The translations under genes were made by a program, and so were the position numbers. The notes beneath the pieces were generated by a model that saw nothing but the letters and a program-made list of their open reading frames with translations, was not told the DNA's origin and made no database searches. From assembly GCA_030390025.1 (NCBI GenBank), contig JASTWF010000034.1, positions 2,852,001 through 2,916,000 of the forward strand: a stretch of DNA of 64,000 nucleotides. Reading direction: 5' to 3'. Shown piece by piece: positions 25,751 through 37,192 of the stretch. The DNA is from Squalus acanthias. Lineage: Eukaryota. Numbering within the stretch: position 1 is the first letter of the stretch; the number at the start of each line of letters is the position of its first letter.

Positions 25751-26652
25751 TCATCCTTTAATGAATTTTACAATCAGAGTAAAGGGATATTTTCCCACAT
25801 TCTTCAACTGCTGTCTAAACTTAGTCTGGGTCACGGCATAAATCCCAGTGTTTGTGCAGCAACTCAGCAGCTGCAGCATGAATCCCAGTTCCATTACATA
25901 ATATGGTATAAATACAGAATTATCCCCCAAATAAAACATCCGGCTCCATATAGAATACACCATAAACATTGCCCATAACAGGATGAAATTGCCGGAGATA
26001 ACAAGCAGTAAAATGATGGATTTCCTGCGGCTCTCCATCTCTGGGTCTCTGGGACACTCCCCACTGCTGGGACCCCGGAGTCTCCTGCGGGCTCTGCTGG
26101 CCACTAAAATGTGTCTGACGGTGACAGCATTGAGCAGCACAATCACCACAAATGGGACACACGGGGTGAGAATATAATGAACGAGCTCGATTGTTCCCCA
26201 GACCCGTGAATTCCGAACATCGATTGTGATATCACAAAACCAGGGCTGGTTCCCATGCCTATACCGACCTCTGAACATAAAATACCAGGTGATGTCCTTT
26301 AAACCGCTCAGCACAGTCACTATTCCCAGAATCACAGCCGCCGTTTTCTCGGTGCAATATTTAGTTTTCAGCTTCTGGCAACAAATGGCCACAAATCGAT
26401 CAAAGGTGAAAGTGACGGTGAACCAGACAGAACAGTCTGTGGCTGCGAACAGCAGGACGGCGTGGATATTACACACGCGGATGGACCACACGAAATCAAG
26501 CTGTTCCTTATAAACAATCGGAATGTGCCTCAATATCAGGTCGAGGATGACGACCAGTAGATCCGCCGCTGCCATGGCCACCAGGTAGCGAGTGACACAT
26601 TTGGAGAGATCACACTTTCCCCGAGACAGGATCACAATCGTTATTAAGTTAA
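25751..26652 (-). CDS. Class A GPCR of the GPR139/GPR142-like family, main coding exon (TM1 second half to C-terminus), intact
   Basis: Acceptor TTCCCTTCCTCACAG|TT at 26653/26652 (phase 1); NLITIVILSRGKC..YLVAMAAADLLV..TFDRFVAIC..RRKSIILL..LSCCTNTGIY..KFRQQL; open to TGA at 25753-25751. Confidence 0.92.
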
Positions 26653-28807
26653 CTGTGAGGAAGGGAAATAAACAGGGAAATTATACATCAGGCTGGGAGC
26701 AAAAGCAGCAGTTTGATGGAATTCGGGGTGAAATCTGCAACTGATAACCGACATTCAATGATATAATCTAATCCTAGTACCTGTGAAGCAAAATACGGAG
26801 CTTATTGTAAGAATAATCGGGAATACATTGTGGAATCAACAAATGAAATGGAATAAATACATTATGAAAGTAACAGATGTTTGATCAAGGAGAGATTAAA
26901 TGATCGATCTAAATTTAGCCCAGCAGACAAAAGCACCGCTCGAGGTACCAGGGACACAAAGGACCAGACCCTCTCAGGAAGCCTTCATGTCCCGGGATCA
27001 GTCAGCATTTGGAGCGGTGCAGTTCGCTTCTGTGTAACTGTGTTAGGGAGGGGGAAATCCCGCTTGGATTCCTGCTCTTGGTTAGAATATCCATTTTATT
27101 TAGAACTGAAAATGAATGCAACAGCAAAATACAGAAACTGCATCCTTGGCATGCAATAATTACAAGCAATTGTATATAAAAGGTACGGATGTAATACGAC
27201 AATGCTAAGATAATAAATACAAGTGCACTGTAGTAATAAAGATAACTGGGTTATCAGATATATTTTGGAGATTGAGTTTACTGCATTTTTGTTGAAATAC
27301 TCAAATTCTAGCTCATTGAAAGGAAGATTTGCCAAGTAACATTGCAAGTAATGGCCTCTGAATTAAAGTAAATAGTGATGATTGACCAGGTAATGTCCCA
27401 CTAAATTCATTTATCAGCATCGAAATCAGCCAACTTAACCCACAGGCAAAGTGCCGCCGAATGCTGTTGTAAAGTATCTGAACACAAATGGAAGAGATTT
27501 ATCCTTGTACTTTTTCACGTGTTGTTTCCAACTTGTGCAGAGAATATTAGACGAGAAGATATCAAAGGATTTTCTTATCCTCAGTGCTTCAGTTACAATC
27601 AGCTGGGAGTATTTATCCTGAAGTACAGCAGGATGCAATAGAGAATCACTCTGGGTCACACTGACAGATCCACTGTACTATGACAGACGGGCATGGGATC
27701 CAATTGTAAATTCAAAACATGATCAGAAAGAAATGTATTGAAATCTGGCTGAATTAACGTTTTGTGAGAATGTAAATTATTCTTGTAATCATACTTTAGC
27801 CATCAGAAGCAGTGCCAATAATGCAGAACTGGAGAGGGTGAAAAAGGAGACACTGACTGGAACTGAATGATTAGCGGATATTTCAGACATTTAAAGATGT
27901 GGATGTGATCTGCCAGGATTTGTTCCTGTGACTCTGTAAGTAACCATACCGAGCATTAGGTGAAAACAAAAGCAAAATACTGCGGATACTGGAAATCTGA
28001 AATTAAAACAGAAAATGATGGAAATACTCAGCGGGTTAGACAGTATCTGTGGAGAGAGAGAGAAACAGAGTTCTAGTTTCAGGTCCATGGCCTTTCGCCA
28101 TTAGGTGAAAAGTCTCCTAAACCAAGACAGCATTCTTCTGACCTGATACAAATGTTCAGTGTCGGTAGCAGATTGAAATTCGTTAAATAAAGAGTCACCT
28201 CCAATAAATTTATTTGAGTTGAATATAGAACATTTTAATGTTGGTAACACAATATCACGATCAGAATCAATAGCTGACAGCAGCGCGGATGGGATGGGGA
28301 ACGACAAAGAGAGAAACACAGTTAAACATGCGGGGGAAAAGCCGGTTGGTTTGCGCCTCCCCTTAGCGCATTCGGGGGCGCTATCCGTGTGCTCGATACT
28401 TAGCGCCCGAGCACGGCTATTTTAGCGCCACTAGCGAAATAGACCAGTCTTTTTGCAGCGGTGCTAAAGAATGCCGCAACGTTCTCCTGCACTCGCAGAT
28501 CGTGACATCATGCGAGAGTGCAACGCCCCGGTAACACCCCGGACCGGATAATGGGTCACGTCCCCTGCCTTTCCGCCTGCCGCTAGGAACGACAGGTAGA
28601 GGGGAACGTTTTCAAGTCAGGAAGGAGCTGTGGGAGCGCTATTTAAAGGCGGCCGCTTCCTGTCTTTTCTTGTCGGCAAAATTTTTGGTACACACAGGTT
28701 GAGAGGGAGACAGACGTCTGGAGAGATTCGACGCTGACCGAAAGAGTTTTGGGTCCTGAGAACAACTTTGGAGGTTCATTTTTATTTCACCTTCCTTCTA
28801 ACGATAT

Positions 28808-29975
28808 ATGGAAGCTTCGATGGTGGCTGCACTAACTCGGGGCTTCTTCATTGTCCAGCTTCACCTTCAGAGACAGCAGAGGCGCAGAGAGACAGTGGCA
28901 AACATTGTCAGAGGGAGGAGGGTCAACAGGCCTCTGCACAGGAGACCTTATCCTCCCAGGGTATTCCGGGAGCAATTCTCCTCCTATATCCATTTGTCTG
29001 AGGAGCAGTGTTTCCAAAGACTGCGGGTCAGCAAGGAGGTGGAAACTGAGCTCTGCCACCTCCTGCAACCAGATCTGCAGCCTTAGTTCAGGATCAGGAC
29101 GTCTCTGTCGATGGCAGTGAAGGTGACAGTGGCTCTGAATTTCGAAGTCAGCTGTCCCTTTCAGACTTCTACTGGGGACATAGTGAATATCTCCCAGTTT
29201 GCTGTTCATTGTTGCATCCAGGAGGTGACAAAGGCTTTGTAGAAGAGGAGACGCCAGTACATCTCTCCCGACGACCCGGGACAAACAGCACAAACGCGCA
29301 TGTGGCTGTGCGAGAATAGTGGGCTTCCCCATGGTTCAGGGCGCCATTGACTACACGCATGTGTCATTGTGGGCAACTTATGACAATGCAGAGGTGTTCC
29401 GAAACCACAAGGGAATCCACTCTCTGAATGTCCAGTTGGTGTGTGACCACAGACAGCTCATCCTCGCCGTCAATGCCCGCTATCTTGGCAGCAGCCACGA
29501 TACTTTTATCCTGCGGCAGACTGGTGTCGCAGACCTTTTCCAACCACCGCATCAACCTAGTGGATGGCTCCTTGGGGACAAGGGTTATCCACTCTGCACC
29601 TGGCTGATGACACCGCTCCATAAACCCAACACCCCTGCCGAGCTGCAATACAATGAGAGCCATAGCTCCACCAGGAACCTCATTGAGCACACGACCGGTG
29701 ACTTGAAACAAAGGTTCCGGTGTCTGGACCACTCAGAGGGAGCCCTGCAGTACTATCCCGAGCAAGTCTCCCTCTTTATTGTTGTGTGCTACATGCTTCA
29801 AAACATTGCAATCATGAGGGCCCAGCTATTGCCACCAGGGATTGGTGCACCACCTGAGGAGGAGGATGAGGAGGAGGTTGAAGAGGAGGATCAGCAGCAC
29901 CAACGTGGCAGGGAGGCGCACCATGTTGCCATTGCAAGGGCTGTCCGTGAATGGCTGATAAGACACCGATTCTAA
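28808..29975 (+). pseudogene. Harbinger DDE transposase (HARBI1-like), disrupted
   Basis: GFPMVQGAIDYTHV, HSLNVQLVCDH, GSSHD, LLGDKGYP, RNLIEHTTGDLKQRFRCL; stop at 29084-29086 and further disruptions. Confidence 0.92.
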
Positions 29976-30269
29976 TCCCTTACTGAGAAGATGGCTTCTG
30001 GGATGAAGAAGCACATCACTGAAAGCATCCCGCACACCATATTGCCGGGCAAAGCTGCAATGATTCAAATCAGGAAAGATGTAAAGTTAGAATTTCTAAA
30101 AATATTTATGTTACAAAATCTGTGTAATTTATTCAGGACAAACAATTAGAAACAGACCCAACAATTCATGAACTAACAAAACTTGTCCTCACAACATGGA
30201 CATAAACGGCAAAACAGTAAACAAATATAATAACAACAACCTCGAACTTTCCAACAAACATTCCCCGAT

Positions 30270-33200
30270 TTATTTACAGAGTCTACTGTTGGCCTTCGAG
30301 GGTGACCTCCATCCCCTGCGCACTTCCCCCTTTCCCACCCTACTGCTCCACCTAATTTGGCTCCACTGTCTGCAGCAAGGCTGGTGGAAGGCTGCTGAAT
30401 GCTGGATCAAGAGATTGCCTTGAAGGACGCCCTCGACCAGCTCTGGGCCTGGAGTGCCCGGCTGCAGACTGCACCAACTCTGCACGGGCGGCAGCAGGCT
30501 GGGCTGGCTGTGTTGCAGGCCGTGCCAAGTGCAATGGGGAAGTGGCGTTGGTGGGACAGGAATGCTGTCAACTTGAGAGTGGGCAGCACCTTCCTGTTCG
30601 ACCGACACACTGCCACTCCCCCGTTGCAGAACCTCAGCATCCGGTGCAATCTGCTCCAGCACAGATTGCTGGCCTGCTGCCGTACCTTGATCTCCCTGAT
30701 GGACGTTGGGTGACCCTGCGAGGATGGCAGTACTCATGCTTGCGTGACATCAATCTGAGACTGCATGACAGCAGTCTGAGACTGGATGGCACCATCCAAT
30801 GACTGAATTGCAGCACTTTGTGATTGCGTTGCGTCGGTCTGTGCTGCAATGGATCGTGCCACCTCACCCATTACACACGGCTCTGGTTCACCACGGTCTC
30901 CCTGCTATTCAACCATCCTCTGCAATGAGGCAAGGATGGGTTCAAGGGCTTGTGCACAGATGACAGCTGTGCTAGCGGTGGACTCCTCCACGCTCCTAGC
31001 CAGTGTATCCATGCTGTCAAGCACCCTTGCCATTGCACCCATCAGCTCAGTGTTCATGCTCAAGGCTTGGGTATTCATGGCCGCGATAAAGAGGTCCTCA
31101 TCCAAGTCCTGTGCAGCAGACCTCGCGCGCCTGCTTCCCTTACCCATGTGGCATTGCTGTAGCCCGCTGGGTCCAGGAGATTCTCCCTCACAGACCCTAA
31201 CACCCTTTTCCCCGCCAGGGAATGCCTGGATCCAGTGTCTGATGTTTCACCCTTGGGAGATGCAGGTGGTGAGCCTCTGGCTTCCTCTTCCTCCTCGACT
31301 AGCAAATTGCTGCCACTAGCAGGCTGAGGGACAGGCTGGTCAGCAGGTGGCTCACTATCTGAAAGCAGGAAGGTGCTAGAGTGGCTTTAGCATAAGCGCA
31401 GGGGGGCAGGAAGGGAGCAAGGACTGGAGACAGTTAGTTGGATTGAAAGTGTAAAAGGCTGGTGTTGTGAGGGTGAAGAGGTGTGAGAGAGGAGAGAAAG
31501 CTGATGAACATACCATTGCTGTCCCAAGGGGGTCGACCTCTCCAGCGGACACTGCACCTATGACCTGGCTGGCAACGATACTGTGCACTCTGTCCTCCAA
31601 CTCAGTCAGGAGGTGTAGGTCCGCCGGTCCTGGTCCCATGCTTTGCTGCTACCGTCTGTTATGAGAGAACTTGGCCTGCAAGAAAAAGGACAGCTTGTGA
31701 GTGAGTGAGTGTGGAGTCATGTGTTTGGCAGATGTGCTTACCATAGTTAAATAGTCGTTATTGTGTGCAGCCATGTGTTTGGCAGATAGAGCCATAGAGT
31801 TATACAGCACAGAAAGAGGGCCTTCGGCCCATCGTGTCCGCGCCCGCCATCAAGCCCTATCTATTCGAATCTCATTTTCCAGCACTTGGTCCGTAGCCTT
31901 GTATGCTATGGCGTTTCAAGTGCACATCCAAATCCTTCTTGAAAGTTGTGAGGGTTCCTGCCTCTACCACCCTTTCAGCCAGTGAGTTCCAGATTCCAAC
32001 CATCCTCTGGGTGATTTGTTTTTCCCTCAAATCCCCTCTAAACCTCCTGCCCCTTACCTTGAAACTATGCTACCTGGTCATTGCCCCCTCTACTAAGGGG
32101 AAAACTTCCTTTCTATCTACTCTATCTATGCCCCTCATAATTGTGTACACCTCAATCAGGTGTCCCCTCAGCCTTCTCTGGTCTAAGGAAAACAATCCCA
32201 TCCTGTCCAGTCTCTCTTCATAACTGAAACGCTCCAGCCCAGGTAACATCCTGCTGAATCTCCTCTGCACCCTCTCCAATGCAATCACATCCTTCCTATA
32301 GTGTGGCGACCAGAACTGCACACAGTATTCCAGCTGTGGCCTAACTAGCATTTTGTATAGCTCCATCATAACCTCCCTACTCTTATATACTATGCCTCGG
32401 CTAATGAAGGCAAGTATCACATATGCCTTCTTAGCCACCTTATCTACCTGTCCTGCTGACTTCAGGGATCTATGTACATGCACACCAAGGACCCTCTGAT
32501 CCTCTGTCCATCCTCGGTTCCTACCATTCATTGTGTATTCTCTTGCCTTGTTAATCCTCCCAAAATGCATCACCTCACACTTTTCAGGGTTAAAATCCAT
32601 TTGCCACTGTTCTGCTCATCTGACCAACCCGTCTATATCGTCCTGTAGCCTCAGGCTTCCCTCCTCGCTATTTACCACTCCACCAATTTTCGTATCATCT
32701 GCGAACATACTGATCATACCTCCTACATTCATATCTAATTCATTAATGTAAATTACAATCAGCAAAAGACCAAGCACCGATCACTGCGGTACACCACTGA
32801 ACACAGGCTTCCAGTTAAAAAAAAAACTTCGACCATCATCCTCTGCCTGCTGCCACTAAGCCAATTTTGCATCCAATGTGCCAAATTGCCCTGGAGCCCA
32901 TGGGCTTTTACCTTCCTGACCAGTCTCCCATGTGCAACTATGTCAAAAGCCTTACTGAAGTCCATGTAGACTACATCAACTGCACTACCCTCATCCACAC
33001 ACCTGGTCACCCACTCGAAAAATTCAATCAAATTGGTTAGACATGATCTCCCCCTGACAAAGCCACGCTGACTATCCTGGATCAATCCTTGACTCTGCAA
33101 GTGGAGACTAATTCTGTCCCTCAGAATTTTTCCAATAATTTCCCTACCACTGATATTAGGTTCACTGGCCTGTAATTCCCTGGTTTATCCCTACTACCCT

Positions 33201-35765
33201 TGTTGAATAATGGTACTATGTTAGCTGTTCTCCAGTCCTCTGGCACCTCCGCTGTGGCTAGAGAGGTTCTGAAAATTTATGTCAGAGCCCCTGCAATCTC
33301 CTCCCTTGCCTTACACAACAGCCTGGGATACATCTTGTCTGGGCCTGTGGATTTATCCACATTTAAGCCCGCTAAAGACCGTTAGTATCGCCACACATTC
33401 AATGCTAAGTTGTTCAATTGTATCACAATCCCCCTGCATGCTATCAATGCCTATATCGTCCTTCTCCATAATGAACAAAGATGCAAAATATTAAATTAAA
33501 ACCTCACCTACATCTTACGGCTCTACATACAGATTGCCACTTTGGTCCCTAATGGGCCCTACTCTTTCCCTGGTTCTTCTCTTGCCCTTAATATACTTAT
33601 AAAACACCTTGGGATTTTACTTTATTTAGACTGCCAGTGTTTTTTCATGACCCCTCTTCGCTGTCCTAATTTCTTTTTTAAGTACCCCCCTGCACTTTCT
33701 GTACACTTCTAGGGCTTCCACTGTTTTTAGTCCTTTGTATCTGCCAAAAGCCTCCCTGTTTTCCTAATCCATTCATGTATATCCCTTCACATCCAGGGTT
33801 CCTTGGACTTGTTGGTCGCACCCTTGACCTTTACGGGAACATGTTGGCGCTGTACCCTTTCTATTTCATTTCTGAATGACTCCCACTGCTCTGATGTGGT
33901 TTTTCCTACAAGTAGCTGATCCCAGTCCATTTTGGCCAGACCCTGCCTTATCATATTAATATCGGCCTTCCCCCAATTTAGAACCTTTATTTCCGATCCA
34001 TCTTTGTCCTTTTCCATGACTACCTTAAATCTCACCGAATTATGGTCACTGTCACCAAAATGCACTCCTACTGACGCTTCTACCTCTTGCCCGCGTACAT
34101 TCCCTAGAATTAGGTCCAGTACTGCCCCCTCTCTTGTAGGACTTTTTACATGCTGGCTCAAAAAGCTCTCCTGGATGAACTTTAAGTATTCCGCACCCTC
34201 TAAGCCTTTCAAACTCTGACTATCCCAGTTAATATTGAGGAAGTTGAAATCCCTTACTATTATTAACCTATTTTTTCTGCACATCTCTGAGATTTGCCTA
34301 CATATCTGTTCCTCTATCTCCCCCAGACTGTTTGGGGGCCTTAGTACACTTCCACCAAAGTGCTTGCCCCCTTTTTGTTTTTAAGGTCTACCCATCGGGC
34401 CTCATTAGAGGAACCTGCTAAGATATCATCCCTCCTTACTGCAGTAATTGACTCCTTGATTAATATTGCGATACCCACTCCTCTTTTACAACCCCTCTGT
34501 CTCGCCTGAAGATTCTATACCCCGGAATATTGAGCTGCCCGTCCTGCCCATCCCTCAACCATGTCTCTGTGATAGCAATACTATCATACTCCCATGTGTT
34601 CATCAACACCTTCAATTCCTCTGCCTTACTCGTAAGACTCCTTGCATTAAAATAAATGCCATCCAGGCTTGCCATAACCCCTTGTGCCGTTACATATTTG
34701 CTCTGGCTTTCAGACTGAGTTGTTCTTTTCTCTATATTTGGCTGTGCATCACCCCCTACTATAGCTCCATTCCGTATCCCATCCCCCTGCCATGTTAGTT
34801 TAAGCCCCCTCCCCCACACCAACAGCACTAGCAAACCTCCCCGCAAGGATGCTGGTCCCTTTCCGGTTCAGGTGCAACCCGTCAGACTAGTACAGGTCCC
34901 ACCTTCCCCAGAAGGATACCCAGTGATCCATCAAACTAAAGCCCTCCCTCCTGAACCAACTCTTTCGCCACACATTCATCTGCTCTATCCTCCTATTACT
35001 ATACTCACTTGCACATGGCACCGGGAGTAATCCAGAGATTACAACCTTTGAGGTCCTGCTTTTGAATCTGCTTCCTAACTCCTTAAATTTGGTTGCAGGA
35101 CCTCATCCCTCTTTCTACCTATGTCGTTAGTGCCAATGTGAACCACGACCTCTGACTGTTCCCCCTTCCCCTTCAGAATGCCCTGCAGCCGTTCAGTGAC
35201 ATCCTTGACCCTGGAACCAGGGAAGCAACCTACGATCCTGGAGTCACCAGGATGTGCCTAGAATAGTTGAACAGCCGTTATTGTGTGCAGCCATGTGTTT
35301 AGCAGATGTGCCTACTATAGTTGATTAGCCGTTACTGTGTGCAGCCATGTTTTTGGCAGTTGTGTCTCCTCTAGTTGAATAGCGATTAATGTGTGCAAGG
35401 TGTGGGATGTGCATGTGTGTTTTATGAGATGGACATAGTTCTTGGATGAGTGTTGGGCATTTGGGTTTGTAAATCCTCTGGGCACAGAGTGGAGTTGAGA
35501 TGGAGGGATGTAGAGGTATTGAAAAGTACGTAATCACCCGAATGAGGTAATTGAACTTCATACGACATTGGGTGTGGGTCCTCGGCATCAGGCTCCTCGA
35601 GCAGATGTGCTGAACCACCTCCCTCCACACCCTTCTAAATTCCCGGGGCAATGGCCTCCTGCCACTCTCTTGGAGCAGCACTGCGCATCGCCGTCCCGCA
35701 GCGCCAACCAGAGCCACCAATGCCTCGTCACTGAAACGCCTAGCTCTTTCTCTGGGCCTCTCCAT
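30270..35765 (-). pseudogene. Harbinger Myb/SANT-like gene: exon 1 35765-~35536, exon 2 31675-31514, exon 3 31358-~30270
   Basis: MERPRERARRFSDEALVALV..W..V..RTHTQCRMKFNYL (SANT/trihelix); acceptors TTGCAG| and TTTCAG|, donor |GTATGT; internal TAG in exon 2. Confidence 0.8.
31786..35248 (-). mobile_element. 5'-truncated CR1 LINE (esterase end, EN, RT, 3' UTR) in the Harbinger Myb intron
   Basis: YFNARSL, AITETWL, SDHN, DFSKAFD, RPQLEYCVQFWSP; CTCTAT-type tail near 31790; flanked by a ~54-bp intronic tandem repeat. Confidence 0.92.
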
Positions 35766-35799
35766 CACTTAGAATTAATAACTGGACATAGATCCTTAC

Positions 35800-35890
35800 T
35801 AGGAACATCAACAGCAGTGAGGAGGGGATAGTACATATTTTGTATATCATAACACATTCCTAATATCCTGAGCACTTCTCCCCAATCCAT
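35800..35890 (-). CDS. GPCR first coding exon A (MDWGEVLRILGMCYDIQNMYYPLLTAVDVP)
   Basis: ATG at 35890; family-type YYPLL.A..VP followed by phase-1 donor A|GTAAGG; joins exon 26652 in frame (330 aa). Confidence 0.75.
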
Positions 35891-36017
35891 TCTGTGGGTG
35901 TCTCGTGGTCTTTGTGCTGGGGGAAGCGCGCTGACTGTGTGAGGTGACACAGTGAAGGAAATCTTCTTAGTTAGAGCAGAGGGAAATAACCAAGTGACAT
36001 CATTAGGCCTCACTGTA

Positions 36018-36061
36018 ACTGGCATTAATTACAGTCATTGAACAAACAGACTCATTGAACC
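36018..36061 (-). promoter_or_regulatory. Conserved upstream element of exon A (homeodomain- and forkhead-like cores)
   Basis: 37/44 identity to 52614-52657, at a similar distance upstream of exon B. Confidence 0.65.
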
Positions 36062-36234
36062 ACTGTCACCACAGCACTTTACTGCAACACAATCTAGCTC
36101 ACATTATTGTACACAGTTTTAAATTAAAAGTGAGCGAATACGCACTATTTCATCTGCCCATAAACATAAGAATATAAGGATTAGGAGAAGGAGTAGGCCA
36201 TACGGCCCTTCGAGCCCTTCATTGAATGAGATCA

Positions 36235-36692
36235 TGGCTCAGTTGGTAGCACACTCGCCTCTCAGTCAGAGGTTATGTGTTCAAGTGCCCACTCCAGGGA
36301 ATTGAGCCCATAAATCTAGACTGACACTCCAATGTAGTAATGAGGGAGTGCTGCACTGTTGGAGGTGCCGTCTTTCGGGTGAGACGTTAAACCGAGGCCC
36401 CGTCTGCTCTCTCAGGTGGACGGAAAAGATCCGATTGCACAAATTCGAAGAACAGTACAGGAGTTATCTCCGGTGTTCTGGCCAATATTTATCCCTCAAT
36501 CAATATAAAAGAAACAGTTTATCTGGTCATTATCACGTTGCTGTTTCTGGGAGCTTGCTGTGCGCAAATTGGCTGCCGCGTTTCTCACATTACAACAGTG
36601 ACTACACTGCAAAAGTATTAATTGACTGTAAAACGCTTCGAGACGTCTGGTGGTCGTGAAAGGCGCTATATAAATGTAAGTCTTTCTTTTTA
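36235..36692 (+). mobile_element. Deu-domain tRNA-derived SINE (SacSINE1-like)
   Basis: A box TGGCTCAGTTGG, B-box-like GTTCAAGT, body GAGACGTTAAACCGAGGCCCCGTCTGC, tail GAAAGGCGCTATATAAATG. Confidence 0.8.
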
Positions 36693-36713
36693 TTTAATTT
36701 TAGACATTGCAAT

Positions 36714-37192
36714 AGCAAAATACTGCGGATGCTGGAAATCTGATGCAGGGCAGGGAAAGGGTGTCGGGGAGGAAGTAATAAAAGGAACGGCCTGTGATAG
36801 GGTGGAAGGCAGGAGTGGTTAAATGTTGCAAATGGCAATAGTAGAATCATCAACAGCTGCCGCCTGAAAAATGGGGGCCGAGGTTAAGGTCTGAAATTGT
36901 TGAACTCAGTGTTGAGTCCAGAAGGCTGATAAAGTGCCTAATTGGAAGATGAGGTGTTGTTCCTCGAACTTACGTTGTAAGAGGCCGAGGACAGAGAGGT
37001 CAGAGTGGGAGTGGAGCGCTTGTCACTTTAATTCTCCGCTCCACTCCCACACTGACTGCAGCTCCGGCGGCAGCTGTTGATGATTCTACCATCCACATTT
37101 GTAACATTTAACCACTCCTGCCTTCCACCCTATGACAGACCGTCCCTTTTGTTATTTCCTCCCCTCCCCCCTTTCCCTGCCCCTGCACCTGA
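36714..37192. mobile_element. Penelope-like element: minus-strand 3' fragment (36714-~37017) joined to an inverted plus copy that resumes at 39241
   Basis: Minus strand reads QRKFEEQHLIFQLGTL..GLNTEFN (one frameshift; GIY-YIG C-terminus); ~36745-36865 is an inverted repeat of ~37066-37188. Confidence 0.75.

Larger units (their letters stand above)
28332..35768. mobile_element. PIF/Harbinger DNA transposon (convergent transposase and Myb/SANT genes), right end missing, with CR1 nested in the Myb intron
   Basis: HARBI1-like transposase on +, three-exon Myb/SANT-like gene on -, CpG-rich left end near 28332 (boundary approximate). Confidence 0.85.

Noticed and set aside
21507..25841. Long ORFs (up to 843 aa) in the GC-rich array
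   Set aside because: Open in several frames on both strands because the 27-bp unit lacks stops; no domain or splice evidence.
26920..27095. Possible ancient SINE remnant in the intron
   Set aside because: Too degenerate to assign by eye.
28808..29975. Domesticated HARBI1 host gene
   Set aside because: Has stops and frameshifts and is paired with a Myb gene as in a transposon.
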